64,000 nt of DNA from Paraspadella gotoi (Eukaryota > Animalia > Chaetognatha), in the NCBI GenBank assembly GCA_051294375.1, contig CM119268.1, forward strand, positions 12,021,225 to 12,085,224. Reading direction: 5' to 3'. Positions 21,027 through 33,924 of the stretch are shown here, in pieces (position 1 is the stretch's first letter; each line of letters starts with the position of its first letter). Position numbers and translations under genes: made by a program. The notes beneath the pieces were generated by a model that did not search any database, was not told the origin of the DNA, and worked only from the letters and a program-made list of their open reading frames with translations.

Positions 21027-22111
21027 TATCGAGAGGAGAGGAGAAGAGTAAGCGAAGACTTCGTTCAGACGAAACCTGTTCTTTAAACGTGTCATCGATC
21101 ATTGGTGTGGGAAAACTCGTCATGTCGTATTTGACATGGAAAACGAGAGTTGAAAAAACGTTATGATGAAAATAGGAAGCGAAGACATTTCTTCCGTCCG
21201 TTCGGCCCCAAAGTATGTCGTAGGACCACTGTCCGAAGCCGATTAACAATGAAGAGACCAACTCGAAAGTGGAGAAAGATACTCCTTCACCGAAATTGCG
21301 TCATCCCTATTGCTTAAGACGAACAGTCAAAAAATCGAAAGTGACGAATTCTAATTTCTGTCTTTTTAAGTAATTTAGTAGACGAAATTGAATTTTAAAC
21401 GTTTTCATCTAGTCCAAGTCGTGTTTTGCCTACTTGTCGTTAAGAGATAACAAACTCTTAGAATTTATATCAAGTCAAAAAAAAATAATTTTTTTCAAGT
21501 TCGTAGACTGACTTGTGACTATAAATAAAGGTCCCAACCAGAGATTGGACAAGGCGTCGAGTAGAAACAATAACGACGCTGATTCCAAAATAATTCTTGT
21601 AAATCGGTAAAAACAAAAGACAGTCCATAAATAGAAATATTACACAATGAATTTAGTAAGCGAGAGGCTCACGAAAAAAATGTTAAATATTCCTCCAGAT
21701 ATTTTTTTATAAATAATAAAATCTGAGTAGGGCAAAGGTAAATATCTACCCTCTTCAAATATGTTACTCCACTTTATGTTAACACCAATATAAGAGACCA
21801 AAAAAAAAATTCAAAACACGTTCAAAAGATTAAACGCAAATTTGCTCTAATCCCCCGCCTCCGATCCTGATGCAGCTCTTTCCCTCCCCGTCGATTAACT
21901 TTAGAATTCACAACTCCCCCCCCCCTTAAAGAAGTGTTTCTCTGAATCTGAAAAGCGAATCTCCTTTTTTTTTTGTTTGACCCAATTCCAATTCGATCGC
22001 CGTCGACAAGATGTTCCGCGGCCACTTATCCCCGTTTTAGTTATTTGCGCGGCTTCTTTTTTTTTTTCGTCATCGGGTTAGGACGCAGCAGGAGAAAATG
22101 TTGAGGGAGAA

Positions 22112-22210
22112 TTGTCGAGGTGGATGGTGAAGTAGTCGATGTGGTTGGCGACGATGATGTTGTCGAGGTGGATGGTGATGTAGTCGATGTGGTTGGCGAC
22201 GATGATGTTG
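22112..22210. repeat. 48-bp tandem duplication (2 copies, 1 mismatch)
   Basis: TTGTCGAGGTGGATGGTGA(A/T)GTAGTCGATGTGGTTGGCGACGATGATG twice. Confidence 0.95.
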
Positions 22211-23317
22211 ACGCTTCTGTCGGAAAAGCTTATGTCGTGGCTGTGGTCAGCGACTTTGCTTTCGCTGGAGTGGTCGTCGATGCTGCATAGAGACTCCGGC
22301 TGTTTAAAANNNNNNNNNNCGTCGATGCTGCATAGAGGCTCCGGCTGTTTAAAAGTTCTCTATTGTCGAATTGCAAAAAGGCGACGACGCGATGCATTTA
22401 CGCGCCGGCGCGTGCACCTTCGCATTCGCGTTTCCGCTTGTTTCTTTGTTTTTGATCAACTGTTCTCATTTAATCTGATTCTTTCTCTTTTTCTTCACTT
22501 CCTCACTCGACTATTTTCTCTTTCCTCTCTTTACTTCATTGTTAATAATTATCCTCCTTTTTCTCCTTCCTCAATCTTCCTCGTTTTCACCTCCCTTCCT
22601 CCCTTCCTCCCTTCCTCCCTTCCTCCATTCCTCCCTTCCCCCCTTTTCTCCTTCCCTCTAGAGCTCAAGTCGACAAACGCGGCGGCCATAATTTCCACGC
22701 GACAAAAAGGGGCGTTGCTTTGCGGGAGAGGGAGAAGAAGAGGGGGAGAGGGGGTGGGGGAGGAGTGGAGGTTGGAGGGAGGAATTAGAAAAGGGAGGGG
22801 AAAAGCGAAGTGAAAAAGTAGCGAAGCGAAAGGTATGAGGAGACATAAGATTGGTTCAAGTATGAAGAAAGGTAATCGGAGGAAGGAGAGAGTTTAATAT
22901 AATTAAATTTAGAAAAGCGTTAAAAATATAAACGGATAAAAAGAAAATAATATATAATAAGAAATACATTCGACGATGCAGGTCAAAATAAATATGAGAA
23001 AATTAAAGACTATTCGACTAAACTGAAGGAAAAATAGAAGAACAACAGAGACATTCCGTCGAAAAAGAGAAGGAAGCGTCCACCCCAAAGCTCAGGAGGG
23101 AAAAAAACCGAAGAAGTACTCTCGGGGTCCAGAGTTGGTACCGCGGGGGCCATAAGCGCCGGGGGCGTCACTCCATTTCCCTCTTCCACGTTTTTGTTCT
23201 CCCAACTCCCTGAGTGTTCAGGGTTTCTGCGTTTACTCTGCCAATTACAAGTTTTGAGACGTTCAATATCTTATTAATGTACGTATCGATGTAACAATGT
23301 ACGTTCGTAAAAAATCA

Positions 23318-23424
<107 letters not shown>

Positions 23425-25123
23425 TCCCACCGCCAAAAAACAACGTCTGCCTCTTTTTCTTTCTTTTTTTTGTCATTTTTCAAGAGGATTTGGTTTTTCA
23501 TTTTGACCCATTCACGTCACCGTCATGAAAATTGGGTCAAAAGTGTCTCCATTTAATCTCTGGACGAAAAGGACGAAAAGGACGGAGCGACGGACCGAGG
23601 GAACGGGACTGACCGACGGACTGAGGGATCGACGGACCGCGTCGAGATATTCGGTGACAAACTCCCTTTTTTTTTGGTGCCTTTTCATTTCACGAGTCAC
23701 GTGATGAGAGGAAACGGATTTCGCGACGTCGTAATCCGATGAGAAGAGAGAAGTTTGGACTCGTCTCCATTTTCCCTTCTTTTTTTGGAAATAGATGTGT
23801 AAATTGAGAGATAGGTAAAAGGAAAAATAGAAGCAAACAAAGAAAAGAAAAATACACACTTATCGGGACTTGATAATTGTAAACATCAAAACGTCACAAT
23901 GCCGAAGACACGAAATAAAAAAACGAGACGAGTCCGTAATGTTTTTTCCCTCCAAGGTCTCATTGATGTAAGATCCGAGTGCATCGTCAAACCGCGTCGG
24001 CCTTCGAGAAACTAGGAGTGATTTTACGATCGCCAAGATCTGACCGTTGCCAACATTGTTGTCGTCAACTACAACAACAACGACGACGGCGTCGCCGACA
24101 AAAGCACAATAAGTCGAGGTTTATCGAGTGATTTTGAGTCCAGAGACTTTTGTTCTTTTGTCAAATTCATTTTTGACCTTTTTATTTTATGATGAGCTTT
24201 GTTCAGTGCAACTGGTTCGAAAAAAAGGTCAAGATCTTTGACTACTTCAATATTGCTTTTTTAGTCGATAAATTCGTCATATTACACTTAATATTGATTA
24301 ATAAATAAATGTTATATTTACAAGCAAATCAAATTCAAACTCACTCTCACAAAAGAAAGCTATTCATGGGGTGGTGATGTATCTTAATTCACTTACCTGA
24401 GTTGTGAAGTGTGAAGAGTGAAGTGTGAAGCGTTAAAGGGCGACAAGAAGATCCGAGGTAAAGAGGGAAAAAAAGAAAAATTGATATGAATTAATTTTAT
24501 GTCAAAATAACACAATGTACATGTTTTTTAACCATCCAAGCCAACAAACCAACTAACTTTATAAAATAGAATCAAATTCAAAAACATTCTTCAAACGAAA
24601 CAAATTTTATTATATAGGAAAACGCGCGATTGTCGAACGAAAACAAGACGTGATTGTAAACGTTGCTAAAAACATGGTTCGGTTAGTTTCTTATCTTTCT
24701 TTTTCCATCTGAGGAACAAAGAGCAAGAATTATAGATTTTTTTTTTTACTTTTTTTTCTGTATTTCGTTCCCGCTCTTTCTCCCTCATTCTCCTTTTACT
24801 TTCCCGACTCTGAGGATTTAAATCCTCTTTTTCCCCCTCCCTCGCGCCGCAGTGAAAAAAATGTTTATCTCTTTTTTTTTCTCTCTNNNNNNNNNNNNNN
24901 NNNNNNNNNNNNNNNNNNNNNNNNNNNNNNNNNNNNNNNNNNNNNNNNNNNNNNNNNNNNNNNNNNNNNNNNNNNNNNNNNNNNNNNNNNNNNNNNNNNN
25001 NNNNNNNNNNNNNNNNNNNNNNNNNNNNNNNNNNNNNNNNNNNNNNNNNNNNNNNNNNNNNNNNNNNNNNNNNNNNNNNNNNNNNNNNNNNNNNNNNNNN
25101 NNNNNNNNNNNNNNNNGAAGAGA

Positions 25124-25168
<45 letters not shown>

Positions 25169-25531
25169 AGAGAGATAAAGAGAGAAAGAGAAGAGATTTT
25201 CTGGAATCGGAGAAGCTCAGTTTTCCCATTCTAATGGTAGTGAACATCTGCAATGTCAGAAACAGAGGGGAATGGTGGAAAATGCAGAAGGAAAAAAAAA
25301 CTAAAAAAAAAAACATAAATAAAAATTAAAATGCAAAAAAAAATGAGAAAACAAATTCAATAAACCATGTTCTCTAACACGTCCACCGCAGATGAACTAA
25401 AAGAAAGCGAAACCCTGCTTCCATTTTTTTTTCATTTGGAAATCATTGCAGTGTGAAAGTTGATGACTAATCAAAAACAACGAGAATTTGAATTCAATTC
25501 TTCATATGCGTGTTTGGGTTATGGAAAAATT

Positions 25532-25565
<34 letters not shown>

Positions 25566-25769
25566 NNNNNNNNNNAATTTATTCCGTCGTTTTTCAGCCA
25601 ACTCGCTCGTCTCACTCCGTTCATGTTTCACTTATCTTCTTTTCCTCTCTGATATTTTAATCACTTACGAACTTATAATCAACAACGGGATCAGTTCGTC
25701 AACATCCTGGTTTCTGAACAAAAAAAAAAAGCAATATATCATTGCTTTAACTGTCATTAGAAACAACTA

Positions 25770-26183
25770 ACAACCAATAATATTGCGCGTTGCCACTAAT
25801 CTCCGCAAATCATCGGCTCATCAGAGTAAAACAACGTTTACGATTTTCCTCTTAAACTCTTGTGACTTCCTCCCCCAAGACTTCCTCGTTCCACGCCCAC
25901 CAAAAAAAAAATGAGCCGAATAGACTTCTTCACTCCGCCAATCAGCGACTCATAAGGCGCGAGCGTCCGTGCGCGTCGACCTATCAATGAGTAGCCAGGT
26001 CTATAACTTTGGAATCCACCAATAAGAGCTCGGTTTCTCGGCCGTCGTCCACCAATCACAGAGCGAGAAAAACAGAAAGCGTCGGCGGTTTTTTATCTCT
26101 AACCGGAAGTCAACTGGACTCAGTCGACGCCTTTTAACGAGGAACGAGGGAGGCGAGAGGCTAAATTTGGGAGTGACCGGAAA

Positions 26184-26237
<54 letters not shown>

Positions 26238-26900
26238 TGTAGACGTCAATTGCAAATGGCCCTGGCGGAAAAATAACAGGAAAAGGCGAGGCAAAAAGGT
26301 TAAATCAAGTCGCAGTAACAGTAATTCGAAAGACGATGACAACCGTTTTGTCATCGCAGTAATTTAATGATGTTTTGTTTAACTTTTTAATTTATTTTTT
26401 TCTTTTCTAATATTTTTTATTTATCTTTTTGTTTTAATGGTTCACATCATCTTGTTTTAACATTGAATATTAACCGGAAGAGTAGACGACGACAACAACG
26501 ACGCCGTCGCCGCCGGAAGCCACGAGCCTTTTACGAGTTTTGACGCCGACCAACGGTTGAGCTTCACGCGTCGGCGCGGCGCTCAGAATGACCAATAGTT
26601 AAAGGACATGCGACCCTAGAATGACCAATAGAGAAAGGGCATTTCGACCCAAGAATGACCAATGCTTGAAGCGCTGGTTTCTTCTGAAAAAAAATCAGTT
26701 GGTAATAAACGGAGAAAATCGAAGAGAACCCGTGGCAGAATAAGCGACAAGCAATTAGAAAATTAAAATATATTGACAAAAATATGGTAGATTTAAACTA
26801 TTCACCGATCATTCAATATGCAGAGTCTGACTAACATTGAACGAATAAAATGGTAATCCCAGGATTGGTCACGTGACCTGTTGGCGGGTGGAAGTACGAC
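25770..26900. promoter_or_regulatory. CpG-rich promoter-like island with many CCAAT boxes, ETS-like CCGGAAG motifs and an E-box
   Basis: Several CCAAT between 25770 and 26060; three at 26592, 26625 and 26659; ACCGGAAGT at ~26102; GGTCACGTGACC at 26867-26878. Confidence 0.5.
26184..26234. repeat. (GAC)n microsatellite (others at ~41790-41825 and 49680-49716)
   Basis: Directly visible. Confidence 0.95.
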
Positions 26901-26982
26901 GCTCGACGACGACGACGACGACGACGCTCGTCAAAGAGGCGTTGGTCAGACACGGCCGGCTCCCAGCTTCTCTCTCTTCCTC

Positions 26983-27016
<34 letters not shown>

Positions 27017-27104
27017 GTTTCTCTCTCCACGCAAACAGGAACTGATGGAAAGGAACCTTTGCCGTCCGTCCGTCCGTCGTTCGTCCGTCCGTCCAGCTGA
27101 TGCA

Positions 27105-27257
27105 AGAAGCTTCTTATTCTTATTCTCGGTCTTCGTGTTTTCTCTTACCGTCTCTTCGCCATCTTCTCCCTCTCTCCCTTCCCCTTTCTTTCGTTCCTCC
27201 CCCGTCTCCTTTCTACAACCCCGGCTTGCCCTCCGGCGACCTCTTGCGTACGATTGT

Positions 27258-27288
<31 letters not shown>

Positions 27289-28033
27289 CGGTTTTTTCTC
27301 TTTTACTACGAATTTCCTTTTTATTTTCTCGACGTTTATTCTATTGCGTGCGACTTGACGAGGTGGAGGCGGACTGGCGTGCGAGCTTGACGAAGGTGAG
27401 GTGGACTGTGACGTGCGACTTGACGAGGTGGAGTCGGACTCCGTGCAAATTATACGCATCGAGTAATAGTTATTAATTATATGTCAGATTGGGTTAATAT
27501 ATATTCTGTTGTATTGTCGTTAATCTGTTTTTTGTTTTGTTTTTTGTTTTTTAACCTTATACTATTTGAAAATCATGGATAAAATTGCCATTCTTGTGCA
27601 ACTGTAACTTTCTACTGGTATAAAAATCTCATATTAACGTAAAAGCCAAATACGATGTCTATTAGGACGACAGCGATAAAATTATTGCATTTCACTCTCT
27701 GAGATTAGAGGGGCCAAAGTAAATTTGTTTCACTCAACGACATCTTTCAAAACTAAATAATAAACTGATAAAACCGTATCTCCTCATTCGATTTAAAACT
27801 TAAACTAATTCCTTGAAAAAGAGCATATTTTTAAGATATAAACTAATTTTTCCGATTCGCAAAATCTAATTTTATGTCTAAATTATCGAATGAAAAAAAC
27901 TTAATTAACGCTAAAAAAAATCGATAAAAGCGAAATATGAACTGCAAAATACGCGAGTGACAAAAGCGTATCCCTCTCTCTCTCTCTCCTCCTCCTCTCT
28001 CTCTCTCTCTCTTTCTCTCTCTCCTCTCTCTCT

Positions 28034-28103
<70 letters not shown>

Positions 28104-29584
28104 AACGGTCAAAAAAGTTTAAATAAAAAAAAAACTAATTTAACTTTGACGTTATGTTCCCCCCCTCCCCGTGTAGTGATTTTTCATTTTTAAAAACTAA
28201 TCGGGAATGAAATTTCTAATTCACTTCAGGCGTCGCGCGCGGTGAACGGATTAAAAAAAAAAAGTGAATCCGCGAATTAATTCGAGATTCGCGAAACGAA
28301 AGAATCGAAATCGGATTTTTATTGATTGCAATTTGCGTTCGTCCCCGTTGCCGGAGGGAGGAAAGGGGGGCGGCGGGGAGGTGTACCCTCGTTAATTTTA
28401 TTTTTTTAAAAATGATTAAAAAAAAAAAGAGAGAGAGTTGCAAGCGACAAAATTGAAAGGATACTTATATCCAGATTTAATTCCTGATTTCTGAAAAAAA
28501 AAAGGGAAAATAGAAAGAGCGACGCCTGGTTCGGTTTTGCAAGGAGGACGCTTCCGATATTTGGGGTGGAATCGGTAAGTCTAGATCGAGGGGTGAGGCG
28601 ATGGGATTCTTTGTTTCCAGACGAAACTAAAGTCAACCGTACAGACAACCGTACAGGAAAGCGCTGGCTATAAAAGAAAGGAACTAAGAAAAAAAGGAAT
28701 TAAGAAAGAAAAAAAAAGGAAAGGGACGCTGAGGATAAAACGAGGTGAAGAAAAGTCTATTACTTCGGTTTGAGAAGGAAGCATTCTCTCTCTCTCGAAT
28801 TATAGATTGAGCCGAGAGTGGTCAAAGAGAGAGAGTGAGACACCTCAGAAATTAATAGATCGTGTTTGAATGTAACGACATCCTCGGATAAGTTACTAAG
28901 ACCTGTTGAAATGTAGCTTCACGAACAAAATCACTTTATGTAATCGCTGTCAGTTAGACCCAAATCCCGATCACTTACTGCTGATAAACGACTTGTCATC
29001 GAAACCGTTTTTTTCGCTTCCGGCAGAGAAGTCTTTTGTTAGGTGTTTTTCGTCCTTTACCTTTAACCCAACTACGACGCCTCTGACGGATCGCTGGAGA
29101 ATTACGACACAAAAGATCAACGGTCGATCGCCGCCGAACTGGAATGTCTCGAGACCGACCGTCACCCGAGGACGGCTTTATAGGAGGAAATGAATAGGTA
29201 ATAACTTATACCTAATACCTGGTTTTATATTGTGTAGTAATCATATGTACAGTATTTTCACCTTTTAGAAAACGTTTAGTGATCCGTAGTTTTTAGCGTT
29301 TTATAAGATGCAAATGCAAATTGCAGAGTTCAGAAATAACCTTTAAATTGTTTTCTGACATTTGGTTAGTAGTATATATATATATATATATATATACCGG
29401 TATATAATAATTGGTTTTTCCCTCTTTTCTTTATTTTTTATTGTCAGAAACTGAGGTTCTCGTCGTCGTCTTTATCGTCGTCGTCGTCATTGTCGTCGTC
29501 ATCGTCGTTTTTGTGTTTCCAAGAATCACGATATATTTTTTCTGGTAAACTGACCAAAAAAACTAAAAACGAAAAAAGCAGTAG

Positions 29585-29651
<67 letters not shown>

Positions 29652-30022
29652 GCGTCTTGATTTTGACCCTCTCTTCCGCGGAGTTGACCCCGTCTGCGTC
29701 GTGACCCCGAGTAAGGCAACCCCCCCTCTCTCCCCCGACCTTCGATCCCGCGCTGACCCCCTGACCTTTGACCCCCAGGATGACGTCAACCGCGTCGCTG
29801 GAAGCCCCGGGTACCCCGAAGGAAAATGAGGAAGAGAGAAAGGGGGAGCAGGGATGATGGTAAGTAAGGTCAAGGATGAGCCATAGCCTGGAGGGAGGGA
29901 AGCCTCGTATGGGTAAGGATGACTTTGGGTAAGGGAAGGAAGGAAAAAAGGAATGGGAGGGGAATTGGTCCAGGGATCGTTCTCAAGGTCCTTGGGGAGA
30001 GGGGATAGGGGAAAATGGAGGA

Positions 30023-30110
<88 letters not shown>

Positions 30111-30367
30111 GAAATGGACGTCAGGTAAAGGACGGCGATTGACTTTTTCGAAAGACGAGGCTGTGGTGAGGACGAGAGGGGAGTGGGTCAAAGATGAGTC
30201 TCCTCCTGGGGGGAAGGTCACGTCAAAAGTTCGGCGTTTTTTCTGAGGTCACGCGTCAGGGTCGAATTTTTGGATGTCAAATCTGAAGGTCGCTCGCTGA
30301 GAGAGCATTGACATTTGATTAGAAAAAAGAATCTGAATCTTCGCTCTCTTCTCTCTCTCTCTCTCTT

Positions 30368-30424
<57 letters not shown>

Positions 30425-30655
30425 GTTCGCTCTTATCGTTTTTTTCTCTCTTCTCTCTCTCAGCGAGCGACCTTCAGATTTGACATCCAAAAAATTCGAC
30501 GACCTGACGCGTGCCTCAGAAAAAACGCCGAACTTTTGACGTGACCTTCCCCCCAGGAGGAGGAACTCATCTTTGACCCACCCCCCTCTCGTCCCTACCG
30601 ACAGCCTCGTTCTTTCGAAAAAGTCAATCGCCGTCCTTTACCTACGTCTTATTTC

Positions 30656-30740
<85 letters not shown>

Positions 30741-31124
30741 TCTCTCCTCCATTTTCCCCTATCCCCTCTCCCCAAGACCTGAGAACGATCCCTGACCAAT
30801 TCCCCTCCCATTCCTTTTTTCCTTCCTTCCCTTACCCAAAGTCATCCTTACCCATACGAGGCTTCCCTCCCTCCAGGCTATGGCTCATTCTGACCTTACT
30901 TACCATCATCCCTGCTCCCCCTTTTCCTCTTCCTCATTTTCCTTCGGGGTACCCGGGCTTCCAGCGACGCGCGTTGACGTCATCCTTCCGGGGTCAAAGG
31001 TCGGGGGTCAGCGGCGGAATCGAAGGTCGGGGGAGAGAGGGGGGGTTGCCTTACTCGGGGTCACACGCAGACGGGTCGAACTCCCGCGGAAGAGAGGGTC
31101 AAAATCAAGACTGCACTTCTCTCT

Positions 31125-31207
<83 letters not shown>

Positions 31208-31442
31208 CTCACTCAATCTCTCTCTCTCTCTCTCACTCTCTCTCTCTCTTTACTTTCTACTGCTTTTTTCGTTTTTAGTTTTTTTGGTCAGTTTACCAAA
31301 GAAAATATTTTCGTGGATTCTGGAAACACAAAAACGACGATGACGACGACAATGACGACGCGACGACGACGACAGACGACGAGGGACCTCAGCTTCTGAC
31401 AAGAAAAATAAAGAAAAGAGGAAAACCAAGTAGTATTATACC

Positions 31443-31489
<47 letters not shown>

Positions 31490-33924
31490 CGACTAACAAA
31501 TGTCAGAAAACAATTTAAAGGTTATTTCTGACAACTGCAATTTGCATTTGCATCATATAAAACGCTAAAAACTATATGATCACTAAACGTTTCTAAAAGG
31601 TAGAATACTGTATAAATATGATTACTACACATTATTAAACAGTATTAGGATATAGTTTTTTACTAATTTTTTCTTATATAAAACCGCTCCTCGGGTGACG
31701 GTCGGTCTCGAGCCATTCCAGTTCGACGGCGATCGACCGTTGATCTTTTGTGTCGTAATTCTCCAGCGATCCGTCAGAGGCGTCGTAGTTGGGTTAAAGT
31801 AAAGGACGAAAAAAAAACACCTAACAAAAGACTTCTCTGCCGCAAGCGAAAAAAAAACGGTTTTCTGTACAAGTCGTTTATCAGCAGTAAGTGTCGGGAT
31901 ATTTGGTTCTAACTGACAGGCGATTATAATAAGTGATTTTGTTCGTGAAGCTACATTCAACAGGTCTTACTCTTAGTAACTTATCCGAGGATGTCGTTAC
32001 ATTCAAACACGATCTTTTATTTCTGAGGTGTCTCACTTCTCTCTCTCTTGACCACTCTCGGTCTAATCTATTAAATCTGTGAGAGAGGACGTAATGCTTC
32101 CTTCTCACCAAAGAAGTAATAGACTTTTCTTCACACTCGATTTTATCCTCAGCGTCTTCCTTTTTTTTCTTTCTTAATTCCTTTTTTTCTAGTTTCCTTT
32201 CTTTTATAGCAGCGCTTTCCTGTACGGTTGTCTCCTGTACGGTTGACTTTAGTTTCGTCTGGGAACAAAGAATCCATCGCCTCACCCCCTTCGATCTACA
32301 TTACCGATTCCACCCCAAATCGGAAGCGTCCTCCTTGCAAAACCGAACATGCTGTCGCTCTTTCTATTTTCCCTTTTTTTGTATTCAGAAATCAGGAACT
32401 TTAAATCTGGATTATAAGTGTCCTTTGCAATTATCGATGTCGCATGTGAAACTCTGATCTCCTTTTTTTTTTTATCATTTTTAACAAAAATAAAATTAAC
32501 GAGGGACACCTCCCCGCCGCTCCCCCTTTCCTCCCTCCGCGCAACTGGGACGAACGCAAATTGCAATCAATAAAAATCGATTTCGATTCTTTCGTTATCG
32601 CGAATCTCGAGTTAATGGCGGATTCACTTTGTTTTTTTTTTAAATCCGTTCAACCTGCGCGCGACGCCTGAAAGTAATTAGAAATTTCATTCAGCCGATT
32701 ATTTTTTTTTAAAAAAAATAAAATCACTACACACGGGGGGGTGGAACATCACGTCAAAGTTAAATTAGTTTTTTTTTTATTTAACTACGTTTTTGACCGT
32801 TTGACGAGACAGATGAGGAGAGAGAGAGAGAGGAGAGAGAGGAGAGATGAGAGAGAGAGAGAGAGCAGAGAGAGAGAGAGAGGATGGAGAGCAGAAGAGA
32901 GAGGAGAGAGAAAGAGAGAGGAGAGAAGAGAGAGAGAAGGAGAGAGAGAGAGAGAGAGAGGGATACGCTTTTGTCACTTCGCGTATTTGCAGTTCATATT
33001 ACTCGCTTTTTCGGATTTTTTTAGCGTTAATTAGTTTTCTTTCATTTCGATAATTTAGACATAAGATTAGATTTTTGCGAATCGGAAAAATTAGTTTATA
33101 TCTTAAAGATATGCTCTTTTTCAAGAATTTGTTTTAAAGTTTTAAAATCGAAATGAGGAGATAACGGTTTTATCAGTTATTGATTATTAGTTTTGAAAGA
33201 TCAGTTGAGAAGTGAGAAACAAATGTACTTTGGCCCTCTAATCTCAGAGAGTGAAATGCAATAATTTATTCTGTCGTCCTTAAATAGATCGTATTTGGCT
33301 GTTTACGGTTAATATGGAGATTTTTTGAACAGGTAAAAGTTTTACAGTTGCACGAGGCAATTTTATCCATGATTTTAAATAGTATACAGCGTTAAAAAAC
33401 AAAAAAACAACAAAAAACAGATTAACACAATAGCAGAATATATATTAACCCAATCTGACATATAATTATAACTATATAGTATTATTATATTACTCGATGC
33501 GTATAATTCGCACGGGAGTCCGCCTCCACCCTTCGTAAAGTCGACACGCCTGTCCGCCTCAACCTAGTCAGGAGTCGCACGCAGTACGCGCCTCCGACAT
33601 CTCGCTCACAGTCTCGCACGCGAATAGGAATAAAACGTCGGAGAAAATAAAAAGGAAAATTCGGTAGTAAAGAGGAAAAAACCCGGACAACGCAGACGGA
33701 CGACGACGACGGACGAGACGACGAGCAGCAAATCGTACGCGCATATGATAGCGTACGCCGGAGAGGAAAGACCGGTGAGTATATAGAAAGGAGATCGAGG
33801 AAAGGAAACGAAAGAAAAGGGAAAGTAGAGTGATGATTCTGTAAAGAGAGAAGCGCAGTCTCAGATGAAGAGAGACGGTTAAGCAGAAAACGACGAGAAG
33901 ACCCGAGAATAGATAAAAGAACGG
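27105..33924. repeat. Large inverted (foldback) duplication: arms ~27105-30305 and ~30455-33924, ~150-bp spacer
   Basis: GAAGGTCGCTCGCTGAGAGAG is mirrored by CTCTCTCAGCGAGCGACCTTC; the (TA)n at ~29373 is mirrored at ~31445; the right arm accumulates indels and ends at a 25-N gap. Confidence 0.93.
27347..27446 (+). repeat. ~32-bp tandem repeat, 3 copies (CGTGCGACTTGACGAGGTGGAGGCGGACT)
   Basis: Three imperfect copies visible. Confidence 0.85.

Larger units (their letters stand above)
15418..21812 (+). repeat. Tandem duplicate of ~9170-15392
   Basis: Starts right after a 25-N gap with GAAACAAAAT...TTCACC, matching ~9170; ends at ...CCAAAAAAAAAAATTCA, matching 15375-15392. Confidence 0.93.
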
